The notes below the pieces were generated by a model. The model was not told the origin of the DNA. It searched no databases and worked only from the letters and a program-made list of their open reading frames with translations. DNA of 64,000 nt from Macrostomum lignano (lineage: Eukaryota), in contig NIVC01002426.1 of assembly GCA_002269645.1 (NCBI GenBank), positions 161,492-225,491 of the forward strand, read 5' to 3'. Both the position numbers and the translations under genes were made by a program. This document shows, piece after piece, positions 1 through 21,849 of this stretch. Position 1 is the first letter of the stretch. Each line of letters starts with the position of its first letter.

Positions 1-408
1 ATTAAAAAAGATATTAGAAAAAACAAAGACTAAGTAGATCTTTTTATGTGAAATGGAAATTTTATTTCTATATGATTTTTATTTTATAGTGTAATAATAC
101 AGCACTGTTAGGAAAAAAATTTCAAGATTTCATCTAAAATAAAAAATCCTCAGAAGAAATTTCATCCAAGCCTTGAAGTTTATTTCAATTTCCTCATAGA
201 GGGTTCCTTCAGTCTGGCAACATATCCACAAACTTGTGTGGCAATGTCGCTTTAGGAGAAAACAGGAAACAACGTCGACAACTAAAAGAAAACAGAAAAA
301 AACTTGCGTTAAGTAATTGATAAGCAGCATTAAATAGTTGAATCCAAAGCGAGAAAAGATTGAAATTGCATGCAGAGCAGAGTAAACCCTGAGTGACTGT
401 GTGCCTCC

Positions 409-3400
409 ATGTGCCATACCCGATTCCAGGCCAAGCCAAAGTCAGCTGACCAATCAAACAAAGCCGGCAAATCTTTAAAGGCCAAAGCCAAATTGGCCAA
501 AGGTTCGTCTGGCAATGGCGTTTCTAAGAAACGCCGGCACTGGAAACAGCCGCCATCAGACAGAGGCGTTGACGAAGCTCTGGCTTTGTCTGTTGACGCC
601 AAGTCAGTTGCTAAGCAACTGCGATCGACTGATAGGCCGCCATCCAGGGCCACCCTGCGACTGGCCACCGCCTGTCTGATGCAGTGCGTCAGGCATGTGA
701 ATAAAGAGCCGCGTGCCTTTAATAGCATTGTGCGTGCCTGTCTGCGGCACTGGGTTCGCGCCGCTGACTCTGTGCTTGGACGTACTGCTAATGATAATGA
801 TGCTGGCGATGAGCAAGAGCGAGATGATGAAGACGAAGACGCTGGATTGCGGGTATTTAATTTTCTGTTTATCACTTTTAAGCTTAAAGATAAAAAACAC
901 AAATATTTATTTCGATGAGATACTACTCGCCACTATACTTTCACAAGAATCATTATTTTACCTAAAAATCTGCTTCATCAGAATCACTGATTGCCCTGAG
1001 AATCTGCTCCATCAGAATCACTGATTGCCCTGAGAATTTGCTCCATCAGAATCACTGATTGTCCTGAGAATCTGCTCCATCAGAATCACTGATTGTCCTG
1101 AGAATCTGCTCCATCAGAATCACTGATTGCCCTGAGAATTTGCTCCATCAGAATCACTGATTGTCCTGAGAATCTGCTCCATCAGAATCACTGATTGTCC
1201 TGAGAATCTGCTCCATCAGAATCACTGATTGCCCTGAGAATTTGCTCCATCAGAATCACTGATTGTCCTGAGAATCTGCTCCATCAGAATCACTGATTGT
1301 CCTGAGAATCTGCTCCATCAGAATCACTGATTGCCCTGAGAATCTGCTCCATCAGAATCACTGATTGCCCTGAGAATCTGCTCCATCAGAATCACTGATT
1401 GCCCTGAGAATCTGCTCCATCAGAATCACTGATTGCCCTGAGAATCTGCTCCATCAGAATCACTGATTGTCCTGAGAATCTGCTCCATCAGAATCACTGA
1501 TTGCTCTGAGAATCTGCTCCATTAGAATCACTGATTGCCCTGAGAATCTGCTCCATCAGAATCACTGATTGCCCTGAGAATCTGCTCCATTAGAATCACT
1601 GATTGCCCTGAGAATCTGCTCCATCAGAATCACTGATCGCACTGAGAATCTGCTCCATCAGAATCACTGATTGCCCTGAGAATCTGCTCCATCAGAATCA
1701 CTGATTGCCCTGAGAATCTGCTCCATCAGAATCACTGATTGTCCTGAGAATTTGCTCCATCAGAATCACTGATTGTCCTGAGAATCTGCTCCATCAGAAT
1801 CACTGATTGTCCTGAGAATCTGCTCCATCAGAATCACTGATTGTCCTGAGAATCTGCTCCATCAGAATCACTGATTGTCCTGAGAATCTGCTCCATCAGA
1901 ATCACTGATTGTCCTGAGAATCTGCTCCATCAGAATCACTGATTGCCCTGAGAATCTGCTCCATTAGAATCACTGATCACACTGAGAATCTGCTCCATTA
2001 GAATCACTGATTGCCCTGAGAATCTGCTCCATCAGAATCACTGATTGCCCTGAGAATCTGCTCCATTAGAATCACTGATTGCCCTGAGAATCTGCTCCAT
2101 CAGAATCACTGATTGCTCTGAGAATCTGCTCCATTAGAATCACTGATTGTCCTGAGAATCTGCTCCATCAGAATCACTGATTGCCCTGAGAATTTGCTCC
2201 ATCAGAATCACTGATCACACTGAGAATCTGCTCCATTAGAATCACTGATCACACTGAGAATCTGCTCCATTAGAATCACTGATCACACTGAGAATCTGCT
2301 CCATTAGAATCACTGATCAAACTGAGAATCTGCTCCATCAGAATCACTGATTGCCCTGAGAATCTGCTCCATCAGAATCACTGATTGCCCTGAGAATCTG
2401 CTCCATCAGAATCACTGATTGCCCTGAGAATCTGCTCCATCAGAATCACTGATTGCCCTGAGAATCTGCTCCATTAGAATCACACAAACGATTCCTATCC
2501 CCTACAGACTCCTTCATCCTATCCGAGATGGGAGAAGATTCGCGTCACCTGCAAGCAGTACCTGAACTGCGTATTGCTACTGCTAGACAAGCTCAGAGAT
2601 CAGGAAGCTGTACGCGCCATCGCGCAGCACTGCCTACCATTGCTGCCCTACTTTCTGTGTCTGCCTCGCACTCTGAAGCCGCTATTAAAATCTTTGATTA
2701 GCCGCTGGAGTCAAGGCCCGGCTCCCATCACTGTGCTAGCCTTTCTAGCCTGTCATCGAGTTGTTAAATCGAGAAAGTCTCTGTGCGAACAGGCCTGCAA
2801 ATGGATGCTAGCCGGCTATTTGCAGTCGGCCAGGCTAGGCGACTCGGCATTAGCCGTGCTGCAACAGCGAACCCTTTGCGAGATGCTGTTATTGCAGCCT
2901 AATTTAGCTTATAAACTGGCATTTGTGCACCTGCGCCAGTGCGCGGCCGCTCTGGGACGAGAGTCGCAACAGGGCGGCACCGGGGAGAAGAGCGGCAGAA
3001 AAACAAAGACTACTAAAAGTAGCAGCGGGTCTTTGTTGCACAAAGCGCCACTGTATGCCGGCCTGTGGCTATGGACCCGGCTGGTGGCTGCTAGCGATGA
3101 GCTGACCAGTTTGGTAAGAGTCACTTTAGTATCCACCCTAAATCACTGCAAGAATCGCCCTAAATTGCTCCAAGAATCGCCCCTAAATCACTGCAAAAAT
3201 CGCCCTTAAATCACTGCAAGAATCGCCCCTAAATCACTGTAAGAATCGCCCTAAATTGCTCCAAGAATCGCCCTTAAATCACTGCAAGAATCGCCCTTAC
3301 TCGTAAATCACTGCAATAATCGCCCTTAAATCACTGCAATAATCGCCCTTAAATCACTGCAATAATCGCCCCTAAATCACTGTAAGAATCGCCCTAAATT

Positions 3401-5258
3401 GCTCCAAGAATCGCCTCTAAATCACTGCAAGAATCGCCCTTAAATCACTGCAAGAATCGCCCCTAAATCACTGTAAGAATCGCCCCTAAATCACTGTAAG
3501 AATCGCCCTAAATTGCTCCAAGAATCGCCTCTAAATCACTGCAAGAATCGCCCTTAAATCACTGCAAGAATCGCCCCTAAATCACTGTAAGAATCGCCCC
3601 TAAATCACTGTAAGAATCGCCCTAAATTGCTCCAAGAATCGCCTCTAAATCACTGCAAGAATCGCCCTTAAATCACTGCAAGAATCGCCCCTAAATCACT
3701 GTAAGAATCGCCCCTAAATCACTGTAAGAATCGCCCTAAATTGCTCCAAGAATCGCCCTTAAATCACTGCAATAATCGCCCCTAAATCACTGTAAGAATC
3801 GCCCTAAATTGCTCCAAGAATCGCCCCTAAATCACTGCAAGAATCGCCCTTAAATCACTGCAAGAATCGCCCCTAAATCACTGTAAGAATCGCCCTTAAA
3901 TCACTGCAAGAATCGCCCCTAAATCACTGCAAGAATCGCCCTTAAATCACTGCAAGAATCGCCCCTAAATCACTGTAAGAATCGCCCCTAAATCACTGTA
4001 AGAATCGCCCTAAATTGCTCCAAGAATCGCCCCTAAATCACTGCAAGAATCGCCCTTAAATCACTGCAAGAATCGCCCCTAAATCACTGTAAGAATCGCC
4101 CCTAAATCACTGTAAGAATCGCCCTAAATTGCTCCAAGAATCGCCCTAAATTGCTCCAAGAATCGCCCCTAAATCACTGCAAGAATCGCACCCAAATCAC
4201 TGCAAAAATCGCCCTTAAATATCTATAAACATCGCCCCTAAACGAAGCAACAATCGGACGAACTCGCAGGTGTACCCGCTGACCCAAATACTGGAGGCTC
4301 TCTGTCGCACGCTGGCCGCTGCTCGCCACCTGCCGTTGCGGGTGCACTGCCTTCGAATGCTGCTGCACTTGACCAGGCAGACCGGCGCCGCCACGGCGCT
4401 ACTGCCTGGCGCTCTGGCGCTGCTCGATTTGGCAGATTTCAACAAAGGCGTCGCCAGTCGGGCCCTGAGCTTAGAAGGCATTACCAAGCTGAGCCAGTCG
4501 CAGCTGAAAAGCCCGTCTTTTCGAGCCGCCGTTTCGGACGTTGCCTACGAACTGCTGGCCGGCTGGGTTCGATCAGCCTGTCAGCTGACCGCCTTTCCCG
4601 AGCTCTGTCTGCCTTTAACTAGGCGATTGAAACGATTAGCAAAGGTTTGTACTGGCTTTGGGGATGCTCTGATTTGCTGTTTGCATCTGATTGATTTGTT
4701 ATTCTCTGATTGGCTGTAAGAATATGCGTAAATATAAGCTATTCTCTCATTGGCTGAAAGACAAATAGCTATTCTCTTATTGGCTCGAAGGTCAATAACT
4801 GCTATTCTCTCATTGATTGGCTGAGAGACAATGCCAAATATCCCACCCCCATATTCTTCTCTTAGGACTGCCGTTGCCGGGCAGTTGCTAAGCCGGCTGC
4901 CCAGCTCCTCCGTCTAACCATGGAAGCGGCCAGTTGGACCCGACAGCAGCGGGCCACAGTGCGCCCTATTGGCGGCGGCAACGACGTAGGCGGCATCCAA
5001 GAGGCCGACCGTCTGAACGGACGCAGCCCGTTCCAGGCCTACTACCTGCGCTATCGCTCCATGCGCCGCGAAGAATTAGCCAGAGCTAGGCCTGGCGACG
5101 ACCAGGAGGTGAACGGCGAAGACGAGGATAAAGAAGAGAACGGCGAGAAGGAGCCCATGGAGGTCGCCGAGCTGCAGGATGAGGAAGAGGAACCGGAGCT
5201 GTCGGATCTGCCCTCAACTGATGAGGAAGATGAGACCGGCGATTATGAAGAGGACTAA
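409..5258 (+). CDS. NOC2L: Nucleolar complex protein 2 homolog; exons 409-852, 2508-3113, 4270-4644, 4866-5258 (about 605 aa)
   Basis: All three introns are GT-AG and phase 0. The translation follows NOC2L: PSSYPRWEKIRVTCKQYL (cf. PSSSPLWGKLRVDIKAYL), AYKLAFVHLRQ, LVYPLTQ, HLPLRVHCLRML, FPELCLP, and an acidic C-terminal tail. The start is uncertain: ATG at 409, or the in-frame acceptor TTCCAG|430. Confidence 0.92.
966..2482. repeat. 34-bp minisatellite (CTGAGAATCTGCTCCATCAGAATCACTGATTGCC), about 44 copies, NOC2L intron 1
   Basis: Period read directly (996 to 1030). Confidence 0.95.
3137..4240. repeat. 22-23-bp minisatellite (AAATCACTGCAAGAATCGCCCCT and variants), NOC2L intron 2
   Basis: Tandem units visible. 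Confidence 0.95.
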
Positions 5259-5477
5259 TAGGATAATTAAGACTTAAGCTTCTTGTATTTGATTTGTCAA
5301 CTGTGTTGCGTATATATGAGAATAAAACAAGCATTTGAACTGTTTGTTGTTGCATTGCTGCTGCTGCAGCCGGCATTTGAAAATTTGAAAGAACTCAAAT
5401 TTGAGTTCTTTGGTTAAAGTCGAAATTCTACGATTCTTTTTCAAGTCGCCTAGGTCCACCGCCCCACTCCCAGACCC

Positions 5478-6372
5478 TCGTTGCTGGGCCAGCCTCCCAG
5501 GTCCCCAGTTGCTGGGCCAGCCTCCCGGATCCTCAGTTGCTGGGCCAGCCTCCCGGATCCTCAGTTGCTTGCTAGGCCAGCCTCCCATATCCTCAGTTGC
5601 TGGGCCAGCCTCTCAGATCCTCACTCGGTTGCTGGGCCAGCCTCCCAGAGTGTCAGTTGCCGGGCCAGCTTTCTAGATCCTCAGTTGCTGGGCCAGCCTC
5701 CCATATCCTCAGTTGCTGGGCCAGCCTCTCAGATCCTCACTCGGTTGCTGGGCCAGCCTCCCAGAGTGTCAGTTGCCGGGCCAGCTTTCTAGATCCTCAG
5801 TTGCTGGGCCAGCCTCCCATATCCTCAGTTGCTGGGCCAGCCTCTCAGATCCTCACTCGGTTGCTGGGCCAGCCTCCCAGAGTGTCAGTTGCCGGGCCAG
5901 CTTTCTAGATCCTCAGTTGCTGGGCCAGCCTCCCATATCCTCAGTTGCTGGGCCAGCCTCCCATATCCTCAGTTGCTGGGCCAGCCTCTCAGATCCTCAC
6001 TCGGTTGCTGGGCCAGCCTCCCAGAGTGTCAGTTGCCGGGCCAGCTTTCTAGATCCTCAGTTGCTGGGCCAGCCTCCCATATCCTCAGTTGCTGGGCCAG
6101 CCTCCCATATCCTCAGTTGCTGGGCCAGCCAGCCTTCCAGATCCTCAGTTGCTGGGCCAGCCTCCCAGATCCCCAGTTGCTGGACCAGCCTCCCAGGTCC
6201 TCAGTTGCTGGACCAGCCTCCCAGGTCCTCAGTTGCTAGGCCAGCCTCCCAGATCCCCAGTTGCTGGACCAGCCTCCCAGGTCCTCAGTTGCTGGGCCAG
6301 CCTCCCAGGTCCTCAGTTGCTAGGCCAGCCTCCCAGATCCCCAGTTGCTGGGCCAGCCTCCCAGATCCTCAG
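5478..6372. repeat. About 28-bp minisatellite (CCTCAGTTGCTGGGCCAGCCTCCCATAT) with a 116-bp higher-order period
   Basis: Near-identical ORF starts recur at 5481, 5597, 5713 and 5829. Confidence 0.92.
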
Positions 6373-6728
6373 TATGGCCACTCAGCATGGCCACTGCCAC
6401 AATCAATGGAATTTAACAAAGGCCAATTACAAGTCCTTATCAGATACAGATTAGAAGCAAGCAATAAACGACGCTTCAATGTACAAGAGTTAATCTTATA
6501 TTAATTCTAGCAAAACACTTAATGATGCACTTATGAATTAACTACATAAAGACATCAATTATAGATAGAAAGCTGCTTAAAATTTTAACGTATCCGCCAC
6601 AGAAGAAACAATTAACGGAGAGATCAAGGAGTCAGTTGGGGCATCTGAAAACACACACTGATAAGAGATGAATTGCACATCGAATTACAGGCCGTTACAG
6701 AAAACAAGCACGCTATCAGGTCAGTGAG

Positions 6729-16451
<9,723 letters not shown>

Positions 16452-17105
16452 CGTCTGTTTGACCAAGACAATAAAATTAAGAAACTCCTGAGTCCTGAAA
16501 CTATTAATGTACAAGTACAACAAAGTAGTAGTCACAACCACTAGTTAGATTTATTTTATATTAAGTCTTGACAAAGTCGCAAAAGTACAACATAACTAGG
16601 AGGTACAATGCTGAAACTCAGACAAAGTAATAGAGTTTTTGCTAGCTATTATTTATTTATTGATTATTGTTTTTTATTTTAGGCACTAAGATATCGAAAT
16701 TGATTGTTCTTAGAAACATCGAACTTAAATTGCTGCTTCCGACAATTTATAAAAATTAGTGCATATCTAAACAAAAAATAAATTAATAACACACATGGTA
16801 TACATAAAACATATTAAAAGCAAAAGTTTTTTTAACGGCGTAAAAGTTTATCTCTCTTGACCGAAAAAATGCTATACGCTTTTATGCGAGTGTATGTCTG
16901 ACATTTAAGAGCCCGATCCCCGATGTGCCTGAGAACTGTATGGAAAATTTATATTGCGCCAGTCTGGAATCAAGTATTTTAGTAGTTTTTAACAAATAAA
17001 TAATGCAGTGGCAAACAGAATTAGCTACACAGAAATGACGTTAAGAGTTATTGATGTTCAAATCTGTCTGAAAGTATGACAGGTAAAAGTCAATTACCGT
17101 AACAA

Positions 17106-17153
17106 GGAAAAATCAAGGACTTCTAGACTAGTCTAGAAGTCCTTGGGAAAAAT
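17106..17153. mobile_element. 32-bp perfect palindrome (17114-17145) flanked by an 8-bp direct repeat GGAAAAAT; micro-MITE or transposon remnant
   Basis: GGAAAAAT-CAAGGACTTCTAGACT|AGTCTAGAAGTCCTTG-GGAAAAAT, read directly. Confidence 0.75.
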
Positions 17154-17942
17154 GAAATCAATAATCAAACACGCTATAATTTGTTAGTCGTACCAATTCG
17201 AGAATGTATACTTGGTCACATAACTCTAATGCATGCTGGACTTAGTGTATTTTTGAGTCGCACAAACAATTAAGTTAAATTTAAAAAAGCTAAATAAGGA
17301 TCACGAGCTAGTTACGATAAACCTTGCAGAAGTTAGCTGCTAAGAAAACAAAAGAGGGGTACCTATAAATACTTACTCAGGTAAACGGGAAAACAATTAT
17401 TAATCAATAATTGCAGAGAAGCTAACAAAAAACAGGCAAGATTGTGCAAATTAGTAATATCTAAGGGCAAAGTGCACAGAAGCATGCAGTTAGAAAGCAA
17501 AGAAAGCAGATAAAGTGGATGATAAGTGAGGAAATAAATAAGCAAGCAGTTATTTAGCATTATATTTGAACAATATTACAAATTACAACAGCAAAGTAAG
17601 TGGGGAAATAAAACAACAAATTGCTATTTGCAGAAACAGAAATGAGATATAGATAAAAACATGAACTATTTGTTCAAAAAAGTATTGGGCCAACAATTAA
17701 AGCGGTGTATTTTAATGTTGATTGGCTTAAATAAAATATTACCATTAAAAACCAAATATTGAAAGAATCAAGTAGAAAACGCTAACTCTGCAATAGGCAG
17801 ACTATGGAAAAAGTTCCACTGACAAAATTTATTCTCAGACTTGGAATTTGAAGAAAAACTGTGTTGATAAATTAAACAAAGTTTATTACATTATTCGCCT
17901 ACTAACAGTAGGCTAATCGTGACATCTTACAAATCAGATTAG

Positions 17943-18697
17943 AGTGAGACAGAGATAGACCAGACTGAGACAGAGATAGACCAGACTGAGACAGAGATAG
18001 ACCAGACTGAGAGAGAGATAGACCAGACTGAGGCAGAGATAGACCAGACTGAGAGAGAGATAGACCAGACTGAGACAGAGATAGACCAGACTGAGAGAGA
18101 GATAGACCAGACTGAGACGGAGATAGACCAGACTGAGGCAGAGATAGACCAGACTGAGACGGAGATAGACCAGACTGAGGCAGAGATAGACCAGACTGAG
18201 ACGGAGATAGACCAGACTGAGACGGAGATAGACCAGACTGAGACGGAGATAGACCAGACTGAGGCAGAGATAGACCAGACTGAGGCAGAGATAGACCAGA
18301 CTGAGAGAGAGATAGACCAGACTGAGACAGAGATAGACCAGACTGAGAGAGAGATAGACCAGACTGAGACGGAGATAGACCAGACTGAGGCAGAGATAGA
18401 CCAGACTGAGAGAGAGATAGACCAGACTGAGACAGAGATAGACCAGACTGAGAGAGAGATAGACCAGACTGAGACGGAGATAGACCAGACTGAGGCAGAG
18501 ATAGACCAGACTGAGACGGAGATAGACCAGACTGAGGCAGAGATAGACCAGACTGAGACGGAGATAGACCAGACTGAGACGGAGATAGACCAGACTGAGA
18601 CGGAGATAGACCAGACTGAGGCAGAGATAGACCAGACTGAGACGGAGATAGACCAGACTGAGACGGAGATAGACCAGACTGAGACGGAGATAGACAG
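17943..18697. repeat. 21-bp minisatellite (AGACTGAGACGGAGATAGACC)
   Basis: 7-aa periodicity in the spurious ORFs. Confidence 0.95.
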
Positions 18698-18713
18698 GCC
18701 ACAAAAATCTAAC

Positions 18714-19130
18714 CTAAGCCGCTGGGGCAGGACTAAACGGATCTAAAACGGGCGGCGGCGGCGGCGGCGGCGGTGGCGGAGGCGGCGGTCGCCTCGGTCG
18801 CTCGGCCCGAATCAGACTGACAATATGAGCAGTCCTGGGAGTGACAACTCCGTGACAGACAATCCGACGACCTGAGACCTCAATTTGGACAACGTGCGGC
18901 AGAGACTCCAGATATTGGCGCAGATTGGCGTATTGACCGCCGAAGCTCCAGTCTAGCGGTCGATGGCACAGTCGTAAATATTGCCGTTCAAGCGACGGCA
19001 GAGGGACACCCCGTCGAGCTGATAACAGAACAGCCCTAAGTTGGCTCTCCTGTTCAAGGATACGAGCGTGCTGCTGCTGCCGTTCCGCGTCTGGAACTGG
19101 CGCCGCTTCCACTGCCGCCGCTTGAGCCAT
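18714..19130 (-). CDS. Short protein (138 aa) made of one extended LOTUS/OST-HTH domain plus a polyproline tail; either a separate gene or the terminal exon of the upstream LOTUS-Tudor gene
   Basis: GC-rich ORF. LRAVLLSARRGVPLPSLERQYLRL...LRQYLESLPHVVQIE...VCHGVVTPRTAHIVSLIRAER matches the TDRD7/TDRD5 N-terminal LOTUS (LRAVLQSHKNGVALPRLQGEYRSL...LEAYLRSVPAVVRIE...TARIAQLVARQR). Confidence 0.75.
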   Translation of the reverse strand: MAQAAAVEAAPVPDAERQQQHARILEQESQLRAVLLSARRGVPLPSLERQYLRLCHRPLDWSFGGQYANLRQYLESLPHVVQIEVSGRRIVCHGVVTPRTAHIVSLIRAERPRRPPPPPPPPPPPPPVLDPFSPAPAA

Positions 19131-19249
19131 GCAAAATATAGGCAATTTCACTTGCTATTAGGCATTTCACAGATTGGAAACTACTATAAGTAGAAAGAAT
19201 GCGATGCGAAACTAACTATGATTACAACATTCAATGTTTGTGTGATGAG

Positions 19250-19645
19250 ACTGACTGACTGACTGACTAACTGACTGACTGACTGACTGACTGACTGACT
19301 GACTGACTGACTGACTGACTGACTGACTGACTGACTGACTGACTGACTGACTGACTGACTGACTGACTGACTGACTGACTGACTGACTGACTGACTGACT
19401 GACTGACTGACTGACTGACTGACTGACTGACTGACTGACTGACTGACTGACTGACTGACTGACTGACTGACTGACTGACTGAGCGATTGAGTGAGAGGGT
19501 GAGCGATTGAGAGAGTGAGAGAATGAGTTAGTGAGCGAGAGTCGGTGAGTGAGTGAGCGAGAGTCGGTGAGTGAGTGAGCGAGAGTCGGTGAGTGAGTGA
19601 GTGAGAGTCGGTGAGTGAGTGAGCGACAGTCAGTGAGTGAGTGAT
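19250..19645. repeat. (GACT)n followed by (GAGT)-like repeats
   Basis: Direct. Confidence 0.95.
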
Positions 19646-19929
19646 CAAATAAATGAGTGATAAGTAATTAAATAAACATTTTGAAATTTCTCAAACAGAA
19701 AAATAAACGCAAATGAAACACCACAGGAAATTTTATTTTTAGGAACTTTTTTCTAAAAATAAACTTATAAATCGACCTTTGCAACAGAAACTGGCAAAGA
19801 TAATTATAGTTAGTAAATGCTTTATGCACACAAATTTGCACTACGCATGTACAATATTATGAAGGCGTCTTGGAGCAAATCAAATGAAATCGCATAATAT
19901 TATTTTATCGAGAGTTGAATAAACCACTC

Positions 19930-20492
19930 GCTAGCCAATCAAAAAATTGCATATCTTATCAAACTCTTTATCAGCCAATCAGAGAATCACAAATCTTATC
20001 TAACTTTCTTTATCAGCCAATTAGAGAATCGCATGTCTTATCTAACTTTCTACATCAGCCAATGAGAGAATCGCATGTCTTATCTAACTTTCTACATCAG
20101 CCAATCAGAGAATCGCATGTCTTATCTAACTTTCTACATCAGCCAATGAGAGAATCGCAAGTCTTATCTAACTTTCTACATCAGCCAATCAGAGAATCGC
20201 ATGTCTTATCTAACTTTCTACATCAGCCAATGAGAGAATCGCAAGTCTTATCTAACTTTCTACATCAGCCAATCAGAGAATCGCATGTCTTATCTAACTT
20301 TCTACATCAGCCAATCAGAGAATCGCATGTCTTATCTAACTTTCTTCATCAGCCAATCAGAAAATCGCATATCTTATCTAACTTTCTTCATCAGCCAATC
20401 AGAAAATCGCATATCTTATCTAACTTTCTTTATCAGCCAATCAGAGAATCGCATATCTCATCTAACTTTCTTCATCAGCCAATCAGAGAATC
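19930..20492. repeat. 42-bp minisatellite, 13 copies, each with a CAGCCAAT(C/G/T)AG CCAAT-box motif
   Basis: CAGCCAAT occurs at 19972+42n up to 20476. Confidence 0.95.
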
Positions 20493-20556
20493 TCGTTATT
20501 TTTCCTTCATCAGATGACTTTCAGGTCAAGTTGGTTTACTATGCTCAACTGTCTTC

Positions 20557-21376
20557 TCAATTGACCAGCTCAACCAATGGCAGCAAGCCGGCAGTCTCAC
20601 TGCCTTTAGTCAGCAGCCGAAAATTCCTGGCCGGCAGCCAGCCGTCATCACTGGAACAGCCGCCAGTCAGCACCCTACTGACGCTGCGCCGCTGACACCT
20701 GACAAAACCGCAGGCTGGCGGCAAATTAGCCAATCGCAATCGAATGAAGCCAAGTTCGCGAGCCATTTGTTTTATTAAATCTTCGTTCGCCTGCCGCCTA
20801 GATAAGTGCAATATAAGGCGACACACAGGCGGCAGGCGAATCAGCTGATCTAGCTGGATTCGCTGACAGCTGCTGCTGCTGCTGTTGAATGGCCAGTCCA
20901 TCAGCACAATGTCGCCTAATTCAGCCGAATAGTCCACGTCTAGCAGTCGGCATCGAGCCAGACAGCCGTCCGCTTCAACTAGATAGATTTCGTCCGATAG
21001 AATGACATCGGCTTGGCAGCGAACTCGACAGTGAAGAGCCGGCTCGGCAGTCAGGCGATTCAGTAACTGCCCGGCTTCGTCCAGTGTCGACTCAATTGAG
21101 CGGCGAAGCTCGACGATCGGGATGGTTTCTATAGCAACAAGATCTTCGGCGGCGGCCTCGTCAGAGTTCAAGAGGCGATAGCGGGCGGTAAACTGTTGGC
21201 CAGAGCGAAGCACTGATAGGTTGATGAAGCTCGTCTCGATGAAGCCGGGAGTCTGCGGCGGCGGAGACGGCGGCATGAGCAGGTTTGGTTGCTGCTGCTG
21301 CGATGGATTTCTTCTGTAGATGTACGGCCTGCAAAGGGCAGTGTGAAAATACAGGCGCAAAAATAGACAGACACTA

Positions 21377-21417
<41 letters not shown>

Positions 21418-21420
21418 CTA

Positions 21421-21491
<71 letters not shown>

Positions 21492-21522
21492 CTAAAACAG
21501 ACAGACAGACAGACAGACAGAC

Positions 21523-21581
<59 letters not shown>

Positions 21582-21594
21582 CAGACAGACACTA

Positions 21595-21627
<33 letters not shown>

Positions 21628-21703
21628 CACAGACAGACAGACAGACAGACAAGACAGACAGACAGACACACACAGACAGACAAGAAAGACAGACAGACAG
21701 GCG

Positions 21704-21753
<50 letters not shown>

Positions 21754-21800
21754 AAGACAGACAGAAAGACAGACAGAAAGACAGACAGACAGACAGACAC

Positions 21801-21849
<49 letters not shown>

